A stretch of DNA of 64,000 nucleotides from the NCBI GenBank assembly GCA_963799685.1, contig CAWCXW010000002.1, positions 46,958 to 110,957 of the forward strand, in the 5' to 3' direction. The notes beneath the pieces were generated by a model, which saw nothing but the letters and a program-made list of their open reading frames with translations, did no database searches and had not been told where the DNA came from. Source of the DNA: an uncultured Actinomycetota bacterium (GTDB lineage: Bacteria; Actinomycetota; Actinomycetes; Streptomycetales; Streptomycetaceae). This document shows, piece after piece, positions 39,220-48,912 of the stretch; position 1 is the first letter of the stretch, and each line of letters starts with the position of its first letter. The position numbers and the translations under genes are program-made.

Positions 39220-41594
39220 CCGAGCAGCAGACTGCGCCCGGCGGTCCCCCCGCGACCGCAGCCGGTGCCACGGCCACCGCGGCGGCCCGGGTCACCGTGC
39301 ACGGCGTGGTGCAGGGTGTCGGCTTCCGCCCGTTCGTCTACACCCTGGCCACCGAACTCGGCCTCGCCGGATTCGTCGCGAACACCGGCGAAGGGGTCGT
39401 CACCGAGGCGGAGGGCGACCCGGACGCGCTCGACGCCTTCTGCGCCCGCATCGGCAGCGACGCTCCGCCGCTCGCCGTCGTGGAGTCCGTCACCCGGCGC
39501 CGGAAACCGCCGGCCGGCCGCAGCGGCTTCACCATCGACACCTCCCACGCCACGGCCGGCGGCCGCACCCTCGTCTCACCCGACACCGCTACCTGCGCCC
39601 CCTGCCTCGCCGAACTTCGCGACCCGGCAGACCGGCGACACCGGCACCCCTTCGTCACCTGCACCCACTGCGGACCACGGTTCACCATCGTCACCGGCCT
39701 GCCCTACGACCGGGCCCGGACCACCATGGCGGCCTTCCCGCTGTGTCCCCGCTGCGCACGGGAGTACGACGATCCCGCGGACCGGCGCTTCCACGCGCAG
39801 CCCGTCGCCTGCCACGACTGCGGCCCCCGGCTGCGTCTCGTCGCAGACGGCGCCGAGGGCCGGCAACCGCTCGTGGAGGCGCGGCGCCTGCTGGCCGCCG
39901 GGCGGATCGTCGCGGTCAAGGGACTGGGCGGCTACCACCTGGCCTGCGATGCCGAGAACGACACCGCCGTGCAGCTGCTGCGCCGGCGCAAGGCCCGCGG
40001 CGGCAAACCTTTCGCCCTCATGGCCCGCGACCTGGCCGACGTCGCAGCGCTGGCCCGCGTCACCGAAGCCGAACGTGTACTGCTGACCGGAGAGCGCCGC
40101 CCCATCGTGCTGCTGCGCCGCCACCTCGGCAGTCCGCCGCCGGCCGGGGCGCCCGCGCTCTCCGCCGCCGTTGCCCCCGGCAGCGCCGACCTGGGCGTGA
40201 TGCTGCCCTACACACCCCTGCACCACCTGCTGCTCGGCCTGCCCGGTGACCCGCCCGGGCCCCGCCTGCTCGTGATGACCAGCGCCAACATGGGCGGCGA
40301 ACCGATCGTCACCGACGACGACGAGGCGCTGCGCCGGCTGCGCGGGCTCGCGGACGCCTGGCTACTGCACGACCGGCCCATTCAGGTGCCCTGCGACGAC
40401 TCCGTCGTCCGCGTGCTGGACGGCGAGGAGCTGCCGCTGCGCCGTTCTCGCGGCTACGCGCCCTTCCCGCTCACCCTGCCCTTCCCCGTCACCCCGACCC
40501 TCGCCGTCGGCGGCGACCTCAAGAACACCTGCTGCCTGGGCGAGGACCGTCACGCCTGGCTGTCGGCCCACATCGGTGACATGGACGACCTTGCCACCCT
40601 CACCGCCTTCGACAACGCACGCAGCCACCTCGAGGAGCTCACCGGGGTGCGCCCCCTCGCTCTGGCCGCCGACCGGCACCCGGGCTACCGCTCGGCGCAC
40701 TGGGCCCGACGTCACGCCGAGGGCCGCCCGCTCCACCACGTCCAGCACCATCACGCCCACATCGCCTCAGCCATGGCAGAGAACGGCCTCGGCGCCGAGC
40801 GCGCCGTCATCGGCGTCGCCTTCGACGGCACCGGCTACGGAGACGACCAGGCCGTGTGGGGCGGCGAGTTCCTCATCGCCGGCTATCACGGGTACCACCG
40901 GTTCGCTCACTTGCGCTACACACCGCTGCCCGGCGGCGACACCACCGTGCGCCGCCCCTACCGGATGGCGCTGGCCCATCTGCACGCCGCCGCGCTGCCC
41001 TGGGACGCCGACCTGCCCAGTGTGGCCGCCTGTCCGCCCGACGAACAGGTGGTTCTGGCCCGGCAGCTGGCGGGCGGCCTGGGCTGCGCCGACACCTCCA
41101 GCGCCGGCCGGCTCTTCGACGCGGTCGCCTCGCTGGCCGGCGTGTGCCACCGCTCCGGATACGAGGCACAGGCCGCCCTCGAACTCGAGGCGGCGGCGGT
41201 CGCCGCCTCGGTGCTGCCGGCCGGCGGCTACTGCTTCGCGCTGCGGCGGAGCGGGACCGGCGCGTTGACCGCCGACCCGGCGCCGGTGCTCTCCGGCGTC
41301 GTCGCCGACCTGCGGCGCGGCGTGCCGCGAGAGCTGATCGCGGCACGGTTCCACCGGTCCCTGGTCACCCTCGTGCGCCGCCTTTGCGCCGCCGCACGGC
41401 AGCAGCACGGACTCGACACGGTCGCGCTGAGTGGGGGCGTCTTCGCCAACGCTCTGCTCGCCACCGAGTCCGCCGACGGACTGCGCCGTGACGGCTTCAC
41501 CGTTCTGCGGCACCGCCAGGTGCCGCCCGGGGACGGGGGACTGGCCCTGGGCCAGCTGGTGATCGCCGCCCGGCAGACCAGGCCGGCCCGCTGA
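39216..41594 (+). CDS. hypF: Carbamoyltransferase HypF
   Basis: GVVQGVGFRPF, zinc fingers, KGLGGYHL, RRSRGY, QHHHAH, GDGGLALGQ. Confidence 0.96.
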   Translation: MTEQQTAPGGPPATAAGATATAAARVTVHGVVQGVGFRPFVYTLATELGLAGFVANTGEGVVTEAEGDPDALDAFCARIGSDAPPLAVVESVTRRRKPPAGRSGFTIDTSHATAGGRTLVSPDTATCAPCLAELRDPADRRHRHPFVTCTHCGPRFTIVTGLPYDRARTTMAAFPLCPRCAREYDDPADRRFHAQPVACHDCGPRLRLVADGAEGRQPLVEARRLLAAGRIVAVKGLGGYHLACDAENDTAVQLLRRRKARGGKPFALMARDLADVAALARVTEAERVLLTGERRPIVLLRRHLGSPPPAGAPALSAAVAPGSADLGVMLPYTPLHHLLLGLPGDPPGPRLLVMTSANMGGEPIVTDDDEALRRLRGLADAWLLHDRPIQVPCDDSVVRVLDGEELPLRRSRGYAPFPLTLPFPVTPTLAVGGDLKNTCCLGEDRHAWLSAHIGDMDDLATLTAFDNARSHLEELTGVRPLALAADRHPGYRSAHWARRHAEGRPLHHVQHHHAHIASAMAENGLGAERAVIGVAFDGTGYGDDQAVWGGEFLIAGYHGYHRFAHLRYTPLPGGDTTVRRPYRMALAHLHAAALPWDADLPSVAACPPDEQVVLARQLAGGLGCADTSSAGRLFDAVASLAGVCHRSGYEAQAALELEAAAVAASVLPAGGYCFALRRSGTGALTADPAPVLSGVVADLRRGVPRELIAARFHRSLVTLVRRLCAAARQQHGLDTVALSGGVFANALLATESADGLRRDGFTVLRHRQVPPGDGGLALGQLVIAARQTRPAR

Positions 41595-41600
41595 CCGCAC

Positions 41601-41617
41601 CCACGAGACGAGGAGAG
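41601..41617 (+). repeat. 17-bp leader CCACGAGACGAGGAGAG, copy 1 (hypC RBS region)
   Basis: Exact reverse-complement match at 45591-45607. Confidence 0.6.
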
Positions 41618-41621
41618 ACCC

Positions 41622-41954
41622 ATGTGTTTGGCGGTACCCGGCAAGGTGGTGTCCGTCGAGGAACGCGACGGGACCCGGATGGCCTCTGTCGACTTCGGCG
41701 GCGTGCTCAAGGACGTGTGCCTGGAATACCTCCCCGACCTGCAGGTCGGGGAGTACGCCATCGTCCACGTCGGCTTCGCGCTTCAGCGCCTGGATGAGGA
41801 GTCCGCACGGCAGACCCTCGAACTCTTCGCCGAACTCGGCTACCTCGATGAGGAGTTCGGCGACCAGTGGGAGCTGGCGGCCCGCGAGCGGGACCAAGCC
41901 GGCACGCCGGACCCGGCAGCGACCGCACCGCTCACCCAGGAGGCACCGCAGTGA
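41622..41954 (+). CDS. hypC: HypC chaperone
   Basis: [16 protein letters not shown]. Confidence 0.96.
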   Translation: MCLAVPGKVVSVEERDGTRMASVDFGGVLKDVCLEYLPDLQVGEYAIVHVGFALQRLDEESARQTLELFAELGYLDEEFGDQWELAARERDQAGTPDPAATAPLTQEAPQ

Positions 41955-43075
41955 AGTTCGTCGACGAGTTCCAGGACCCCGGGCTGGCCCGGCGGCTGCT
42001 GGACGACATCCACGCCACCGTCACCCGCCCGTGGGCACTGATGGAGGTGTGCGGCGGGCAGACTCACTCCATCATCCGGCACGGACTCGACCAGCTGCTG
42101 CCCGAGAAGGTCGAGCTGATCCACGGCCCCGGCTGCCCGGTCTGCGTCACCCCGCTCGAGGTCATCGACAAAGCGCTGGCCATCGCCTCCCGGACCGGGG
42201 TGATCTTCTGCTCCTTCGGTGACATGCTGCGCGTCCCCGGCACCGGGCGTGACCTGTTCCAGGTGCGCGGCGAGGGCGGGGACGTCCGCGTCGTCTACTC
42301 CCCGCTCGACGCGCTGCAGATCGCCCGGGAGAATCCCGACCGGGAGGTCGTCTTCTTCGGCATCGGGTTCGAGACGACCGCGCCGCCCAACGCCATGACG
42401 GTCTACCAGGCCCGCAAACTGGGCATCCGCAACTTCAGCCTGCTGGTCTCCCACGTCCGCGTCCCCCCGGCCATCGAGGCCATCATGACCTCGCCGGACT
42501 GCCGCGTACAGGGCTTCCTCGCGGCCGGGCACGTGTGCAGTGTCATGGGCGTCGACGAGTACCCCGCCCTCGCCGACCGGTTCGGCGTCCCCATCGTGGT
42601 GACCGGCTTCGAACCGCTGGACATCCTCGAAGGCGTGCGGCGCACCGTGCACCAGCTGGAGCAGGGCGAGCACACCGTCGACAACGCCTACGCCCGCGCG
42701 GTGCGTCCCGAGGGAAACCCCGCCGCCCGCGCCATGCTCGACGACGTCTTCGAGGTCACCGACCGCGCGTGGCGCGGCATCGGCGTCATCCCAGGCAGCG
42801 GCTGGCGGCTTTCGTCCCGCTACCGTGACTTCGACGCCGAGCACCGCTTCGAAGCGACCGGCATCACCACCGAGGAACCGGCCGAGTGCCGCAGCGGCGA
42901 GGTCCTGCAGGGGCTGATCAAACCGCACGAGTGCTCCGCCTTCGGGAAGCTGTGCACTCCCCGCACCCCGCTGGGCGCGACCATGGTCTCCTCCGAGGGC
43001 GCCTGCGCCGCCTACTACCTCTACCGCCGGCTCGACCCCGCGACCGCCCCGAAGGAGACGACCACCGTTGTCTGA
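41951..43075 (+). CDS. hypD: Hydrogenase formation protein HypD
   Basis: [27 protein letters not shown]-terminal Fe-S cysteines, MVSSEGAC. Confidence 0.96.
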   Translation: MKFVDEFQDPGLARRLLDDIHATVTRPWALMEVCGGQTHSIIRHGLDQLLPEKVELIHGPGCPVCVTPLEVIDKALAIASRTGVIFCSFGDMLRVPGTGRDLFQVRGEGGDVRVVYSPLDALQIARENPDREVVFFGIGFETTAPPNAMTVYQARKLGIRNFSLLVSHVRVPPAIEAIMTSPDCRVQGFLAAGHVCSVMGVDEYPALADRFGVPIVVTGFEPLDILEGVRRTVHQLEQGEHTVDNAYARAVRPEGNPAARAMLDDVFEVTDRAWRGIGVIPGSGWRLSSRYRDFDAEHRFEATGITTEEPAECRSGEVLQGLIKPHECSAFGKLCTPRTPLGATMVSSEGACAAYYLYRRLDPATAPKETTTVV

Positions 43076-44147
43076 GACCACCCGAATGTCGCAGCACGCG
43101 CCGGACTTCTCCGGCTGGACGTGTCCGGCCCCGCTGCGTGAGACGCCCCGGATCGTGATGGGGCACGGCGGCGGCGGAACCCTGTCCGGCGAACTCGTGA
43201 AGCACATCTTCGCGCCCGCATTCGGCGGCCCCGCCCTGGACGCACTGCCGGACTCCGCCGTCCTCACCCTCGGTGGGATCCGCCTCGCCTTCTCCACCGA
43301 CTCCTTCGTGGTGAGGCCGCTGTTCTTCCCCGGCGGCAGCATCGGCGACCTGGCCGTCAACGGCACCGTCAACGACCTGGCGATGAGCGGGGCCCGCGCC
43401 CTCTACCTCTCCTGCGCCTTCATCCTGGAAGAGGGCGTGGAGACGCAGCTGGTCGGGCGGGTCGCCGACGCCCTGGGTGCCGCAGCGCGCACCGCCGGGG
43501 TCGAGGTGGTCACCGGCGACACCAAAGTCGTTGAGCCGGGCCACGGCGACGGGATCTACCTCAACACCGCCGGTATCGGGCTGGTGCCCGACGGCGTCGA
43601 CATCCGGCCCACTCGGGCGGAGCCCGGCGACGTCATCCTGGTCAGCGGCGCCATCGGCGAACACGGCGTGGCCGTGCTCAGCAAGCGCGAGGGCATCGAG
43701 TTCGGCACCGGCGTCCGCAGCGACTGCGCAGCGCTCGGCGGCCTGGTCGAGGCGATGCTGGCCGTCACCCCCGACATCCACGTGCTGCGCGACCCCACCC
43801 GCGGCGGCCTGGCCGCCGCGCTCAACGAGATCGCGCAGGTCGCCGAGGTCGGCGTCACGATCGAGGAACGCCGCGTCCCCGTCCCCGAAGCGGTCGGGAA
43901 CGCCTGCTCGATGCTCGGCCTGGACCCGATGTACGTCGCAAACGAGGGAAAACTGGTCGCCTTCGTGCCCCGCGCCCACGCCGACGCGGTACTGGACGCC
44001 ATGCGCGCACACCCGCTGGGCGCGGCCGCCGCCGTCATCGGCGAATGCGTCGAGGAGCACGCGGGCATGGTCGTCGCCCGCACCGGATTCGGCGGCACCC
44101 GCGTCGTGGACCTTCCTCTGGGTGAACAGCTGCCCCGCATCTGCTGA
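43068..44147 (+). CDS. hypE: Carbamoyl dehydratase HypE
   Basis: [33 protein letters not shown]-terminal LPRIC. Confidence 0.96.
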   Translation: MSETTRMSQHAPDFSGWTCPAPLRETPRIVMGHGGGGTLSGELVKHIFAPAFGGPALDALPDSAVLTLGGIRLAFSTDSFVVRPLFFPGGSIGDLAVNGTVNDLAMSGARALYLSCAFILEEGVETQLVGRVADALGAAARTAGVEVVTGDTKVVEPGHGDGIYLNTAGIGLVPDGVDIRPTRAEPGDVILVSGAIGEHGVAVLSKREGIEFGTGVRSDCAALGGLVEAMLAVTPDIHVLRDPTRGGLAAALNEIAQVAEVGVTIEERRVPVPEAVGNACSMLGLDPMYVANEGKLVAFVPRAHADAVLDAMRAHPLGAAAAVIGECVEEHAGMVVARTGFGGTRVVDLPLGEQLPRIC

Positions 44148-44178
44148 CCGGCCGAGAACACCGTCCCATCGTGGAACG

Positions 44179-45339
44179 ATGCCGAAACCCACCGCGGTCG
44201 CGAACCCTCTCGAGCAGTGCACCGAGGCGGAGTTGCGGCGCCGTGGCGGGCTGAAGTGGAGCGCGTTCCCGCCGGACGTGCTGCCGATGTGGGTCGCCGA
44301 GATGGATGTCTCGCTCCCCGACGGCGTCGCCGCGGCGCTGCACCGGGCCGTCGAGCGGGGCGACACCGGCTACTACGGGGACGGCGAGGACTACGCCGCC
44401 GCCATGGCCGTCTTCGCCCGCGACCGCTGGGTCTGGGCTCTGCCGGCTGGGCGCGCGACCCCGGTACCCGACGTCATGCGCGGGGTGCTCGCCGTCCTGG
44501 GAGCCGTCACCGCACCCGGCGACGGCGTCGTGGTCAGCCCACCCGTCTACCCGCCCTTCACCCGGTTTCCCGCGCTCGCCGGGCGCCGGATCGTGTATGC
44601 GCCGCTCGGCCCCGCGCACCGGCTCGACAGCCGGGCGCTGGAAGCGGCCCTCGGCGACGCCACCCGGAACGGACGGCGTGCCGCCTACCTGCTGTGCAAT
44701 CCGCACAACCCGACGGGCACCGTGCACTCCGCCGCGGAACTCACCGAACTGGCCGCCCTCGCTCGCGCGCACCGGGTGACCGTCGTGGCCGACGAGATCC
44801 ACGCACCGCTCGTGCTACCCGGCGCGCGGCACGTGCCCTACCTCTCGCTGCCGGGCACCGAAGACCACTTCGGGCTGCTGTCCGCCGCCAAGGCGTGGAA
44901 CGTCTCCGGGCTCGGCGCGGCCCTGCTGGTACGCGGCGAGGAGAGTGCCGTGCTGCCGCCCGAGGTGGAGCACGGCACCGGCAGGCTCGGCGTCCTCGCC
45001 CAGACCGTCGCCCTGCGGTCCGGTGGCGACTGGCTCGACGCCCTCCTGCGTGGCCTGGACGCGAACCGCCGACTGCTCGCCGGACTGGTGGCCCGGCGGC
45101 TGCCTGCCGTGCGGCACCGTGCACCGCAGGGCGGATATCTCGCATGGCTCGACTGCCGGGAGACCGGGCTGGGCGACGACCCGGCCGCGGTTTTCCTCGA
45201 CCGGGCCCGGGTCGCCCTCACCTCCGGCCCGCCGTTCGGGCCCGGCGGCGTCGGTCACCTCCGGTTCAACTTCGCCGCCTCCGCACGGAACCTGACCCGC
45301 GCGGTCGACGCGATGGCCCGCGTCGCCGGGTCGGTCTGA
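44179..45339 (+). CDS. MalY/PatB family PLP C-S lyase (cystathionine beta-lyase-like)
   Basis: LKW, LPMWVAEMD, PVYPPF, LCNPHNPTG, ADEIH, SAAKAWN, YLAWLD, RFNFA. Confidence 0.9.
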   Translation: MPKPTAVANPLEQCTEAELRRRGGLKWSAFPPDVLPMWVAEMDVSLPDGVAAALHRAVERGDTGYYGDGEDYAAAMAVFARDRWVWALPAGRATPVPDVMRGVLAVLGAVTAPGDGVVVSPPVYPPFTRFPALAGRRIVYAPLGPAHRLDSRALEAALGDATRNGRRAAYLLCNPHNPTGTVHSAAELTELAALARAHRVTVVADEIHAPLVLPGARHVPYLSLPGTEDHFGLLSAAKAWNVSGLGAALLVRGEESAVLPPEVEHGTGRLGVLAQTVALRSGGDWLDALLRGLDANRRLLAGLVARRLPAVRHRAPQGGYLAWLDCRETGLGDDPAAVFLDRARVALTSGPPFGPGGVGHLRFNFAASARNLTRAVDAMARVAGSV

Positions 45340-45585
45340 GCCGGGCCCCGCACTTCGCGACGTGCCCGGTGGCCCGGGCGGAGGCTGCGGCGGTGCGGGA
45401 TCGGGCCCGGGCGCCGGGGGCGGCTTCGGAGGAATCGGATCCGTCGGCTGCGGAGGCGGCTCCGGCCGGGCCGGGTCCGGCGGCTGCGGTGCGGGAGCCG
45501 GACCAGGCACGGGACCGGGCTCGGGGCCGCCGGGCTGTGGAGGCGGGGTCGGTGCGGGAGGTACCGGGTCGGGGGGACCGGTCAT
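45340..45585 (-). CDS. Small proline-rich protein (3' end uncertain)
   Basis: GAGGAG RBS, then MTGPPDPVPPAPTPPPQPGGPEPGPVPGP...; as sequenced it reads on into malY. Confidence 0.45.
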
Positions 45586-45590
45586 CGTGA

Positions 45591-45607
45591 CTCTCCTCGT
45601 CTCGTGG
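45591..45607 (-). repeat. 17-bp leader CCACGAGACGAGGAGAG, copy 2
   Basis: Plus strand CTCTCCTCGTCTCGTGG is the reverse complement of 41601-41617. Confidence 0.6.
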
Positions 45608-45665
45608 ACGGTCACGGCACCGGGTGCCCGCCGTCGGGTCGTTCACCATGCGCCGTGCGAAGAAC

Positions 45666-46529
45666 TCACGGGCCGGGGTGGACGGACCTTACCGACAGCA
45701 ACAGTATGTCCGGATTCGAGCACCCCGTGAAACCTTCCAGGGGCAGGAACAGGGCCTGTGTCCGGTTCGGCGGGTACACCCGCAGCCCCTCGGCGGCGGC
45801 CGGGGCGCAGCGCTCCTGCGGATAGTTCTCCGCCCTGGCCACCCGCAGGTCTGCCCGGGCGCTGTGACCCGATGCCAGCACCAGGGCCGTTCCCCCGGAG
45901 CCGGTACGGGAGGCCGGAGCGCCGAGCTGCCGGCCTTCCGGGCCCACCAGCGCGACCCCGGGGAAGCCGTGCAGCGTGCACGTCCCGGTCCCGGTGTTGG
46001 TGAACAGCAGCGGCAGTTGCACCGAGCCCGCCGCCCCGTCACCGCGGCCCGCGGTCAGCTTCAGCTGTGCGCTCGCGCAGGGGGAGACGGGAGGCTTCCG
46101 CGTGTCCGGCGGGGGAGGGGCGGCCGGGGTCTTCACCGTGTCTGCGGGGGTGCCGGGGTTGTGGGGCGACGGCGTCGTCGGCTGGGCGGCGTCGGCCGTC
46201 CCGGAGGGGGCCGGTTCCGCGCTGGGTTCGTGCCGCCGTGCCGGCGTACGGCTCGGGGCGTGCGGCGAACCGGCCACGTCACGGGTTCGCACCACCTCGT
46301 CGCGGGACTGCGTCGAGACCGATCCGAGCACGCCGGCCGCGGCGCAGCACGCGACGATCGCCACGACCGCCAGCCCCCGCCGCCTGCGGCGGCCGGCGGC
46401 CTGGCGGCGCAGTGTCTCGTAGGTGCCCTCGGGGGGCTCCAGCCGGCGCGGCACCGGATGGAAGGCCTCGGCTACCTCCGAGGGCACGTCCTCGTCGTGG
46501 TGCCCGTCCGGCTCATGTGGTGACTTCAT
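45666..46529 (-). CDS. Membrane-anchored DUF4232 protein, probable anti-sigma partner
   Basis: Short cytoplasmic part, RRRRR plus TM helix, Pro/Thr linker, GAAGS...FTNTG..CTLHGFPGV...LRVYPP. Confidence 0.78.
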   Translation of the reverse strand: MKSPHEPDGHHDEDVPSEVAEAFHPVPRRLEPPEGTYETLRRQAAGRRRRRGLAVVAIVACCAAAGVLGSVSTQSRDEVVRTRDVAGSPHAPSRTPARRHEPSAEPAPSGTADAAQPTTPSPHNPGTPADTVKTPAAPPPPDTRKPPVSPCASAQLKLTAGRGDGAAGSVQLPLLFTNTGTGTCTLHGFPGVALVGPEGRQLGAPASRTGSGGTALVLASGHSARADLRVARAENYPQERCAPAAAEGLRVYPPNRTQALFLPLEGFTGCSNPDILLLSVRSVHPGP

Positions 46530-46998
46530 GGAGTTCCCTCAGTGAGGCCCGCAGCCGCTCGCGGGCTTTGTGCAGATCGCTCTTGACCGTCCCCTCACGG
46601 CGGTGCAGCGTCTGCGCGATCTCGGCCACGGGCAGGTCGGCGTAGTAGCGCAGCAGCACCGGCACCCGCAGCCGCTCCGGAAGAGCCGCCACCAGGTCAC
46701 GGATGTCGGCTCCCTGATCGGCCGGCGGAACGTCCTGGACCGGGGAGGAACCGATCAGTTGCATGGCCCGGCGTTCCCGCTCCCGGCTGCGCCAGTGGTT
46801 CTTCACGATGTTCGCGGCGGCCGTGTACAGGTACGGCCGTGGCTCCTCGACCGACGACCACCGTGACCACAGCCGGGTGAACGCCTCCGAGGCGACCTCG
46901 TGCGCAAGGGCGTCGCTGTCCACGAGGCCGCGGCACCAGCCGGCCAGCCGCGGGTAGAACGCCTCGAAGAGTTCGGCGGCCTCCGCGTCACCGCTCAC
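46513..46998 (-). CDS. ECF sigma-70 family factor
   Basis: YPRLAGW...EVASEAF...YLYTAAAN; region 4 LPERLR...EIAQTL...GTVKSDLHKAR. Confidence 0.88.
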   Translation of the reverse strand: MSGDAEAAELFEAFYPRLAGWCRGLVDSDALAHEVASEAFTRLWSRWSSVEEPRPYLYTAAANIVKNHWRSRERERRAMQLIGSSPVQDVPPADQGADIRDLVAALPERLRVPVLLRYYADLPVAEIAQTLHRREGTVKSDLHKARERLRASLRELHEVTT

Positions 46999-47430
46999 AC
47001 CGTGCCCCTCGCGTCGCCCGACGGGTTGCCGGGGCATGAATCCGTCGTGTCCCGGCGCCCGCGGCGCCGGGACACGCGGCCCCCCACCCGACTGGCTTCC
47101 GGTGGTCGGCCGGTCACGCAGCGGGGTGTCCGTGCCCATACCACAAGACACCCCGTCGCGTGGACGGGTTGTCAAGCAACGGCAAAATCCAGCCCGTTGC
47201 CGGACACGCTCAGCTGGCCGGCCGCCGTTCAGTGCTCGTCGCGACCGGGCAGGCATGCGGTGGACTCCGCGGGCTTCTGCTTCACACCGCGCCGGGAGGT
47301 GCCCGCCTCGTCCGGGTCGCGATCCCGGCGTCGCACCTCGAACTCCAGCACCACGGCCCGGTCGCAGGTCGGCGCCTCCTCCCAGGCGCTGCCCACCCTC
47401 CGGGCCTGTCGCAGCAGGCGACCTGCCACC

Positions 47431-48912
47431 TCACCCGGGGTTTCGGCTGCCTTCGGCGGAGGGGACCGCGATGCCCGCCGGCGCGTCGCTGCGCCCGTAA
47501 TGATGGGTGGTGAACATGTAGAGCAGGCCGGTGGCCAGCGACGATGCCGCCGCACAGCAGCACGATGTAGTTGTCGTACCAGGGCGGCCTCGGGGGTGCG
47601 CGCCCAGCAGATGTTGATGATCGCGAAGAGTCCGTAGGCCAGCGCCGCAGCGTTGACCAGCAGCCCCCAGCGGCCGAGCCGGTACTCGCCTGCCGGCTTC
47701 CAGCCCTTCAGCCGGGCTCGCAGCGCGGCGAGGACGACCATCTGGAAGGAGGCGTAGATGCCCAGGATGGCGAACGAGACGATCTTGGTCAGCGCGTTCG
47801 TGGAGATCAGCGAGCCGAAGGCGATCAGCGTCGGCACCACGGCGGCCACCAGCAGCGCGTAGACGGGCACCGCGCGGGTGCGGGAGAAGCGGCGCAGCAG
47901 CTTGTGCCCGATGATCATCTCGTCACGGCCGTAGGAGTAGATCAGCCGGCCCGCGGCGGCCTGCAGGCTGATCGTGCAGGAGAGGAAGGAGATGAGCACG
48001 ACGGCCATCACCAGCCGGGCTCCGACCTCGCCCAGGGCGCCGAAGAGCGTGGCGACCACCGGGTCCGCGACCTCGCCCGTTGATAACCGCCCGGTAGTCG
48101 GTGACGGACAGCAGCAGGCTCAGGCAGGTGAAGGTGGCCGCCGCGCCGCCGACGTAGATGGTGCGGCGCATAGCCCGGGGAATCACCAGGCCCGGGTGTG
48201 CGACCTCTTCGGCGGTGTCGCCGCAGGCCTCGAAGCCGTAGTACTGGTAGAAGCCGATGATGGCAGCGCGCCAGGAAGACCGGGGCGTACGGCCCGTCAC
48301 CACCGGCGCCGAAGGTGTCGACGATGACGCCGATCCCGTGGAAGCGGTGGGTGGACAGCAGGTAGACGCCGACGACGAGTGCGCCGATCAGCTCCGCGCT
48401 GAACCCGATGATCGCCGCGTGCGAAAGCCCTTGGTGCCCGCGTAGTTGATGAGGACCGCGATCACGATGAGGACGATCGTGCACAGCACCGTCGTGTGCA
48501 CCGTGGGCGTGAAGCCCAGCAGGATCGCGATGTAGGGCCCGGCGCCGTAGGCCACGGAGGTGATGGTGACCAGCAGCGCCCACATGTAGATCCAGCCGGT
48601 CATCCACGCCCAGCGCCTGCCCCACAGCCGCCGCGCCCACGGATAGACGCCGCCCGCGATCGGGTACTGCGCCACGACCTCGCCGAAGACCAGGGCCACC
48701 AGGAACTGGCCGGCCCCGGCCAGCAGGAACGCCCAGATCATCGGCGGCCCGCCTGTCTGCCAGCGCCGTGCCGAAGAGGGTGTAGGTGCTGACGACGGGG
48801 GAGAGGTAGGTGAAGCCGAGGGCGAAGTTCGCCCAGGGACCCATGTCCTTGCGGAACTCCGACGTGCCCTCCTGCCCGACCGGTGCGGGCCCGCGCCGCC
48901 GTCCCCGCTCAC
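47431..48912 (-). CDS. APC family amino acid/choline permease, several frameshifts
   Basis: NFALGFTYLSP, YPIAGGVYPW, YYGFEACGDTAEE, RLIYSYGRD; GTGA overlap with the oxidase gene; TGA at 47431-47433 after YMFTTHHYGRSDAP. Confidence 0.8.

Noticed and set aside
45340-45585. Repetitive GC-rich tract considered as CRISPR/VNTR or RiPP precursor
   Set aside because: No constant repeat-spacer pattern; explained by Pro/Gly codons; no cas or RiPP modification genes adjacent.
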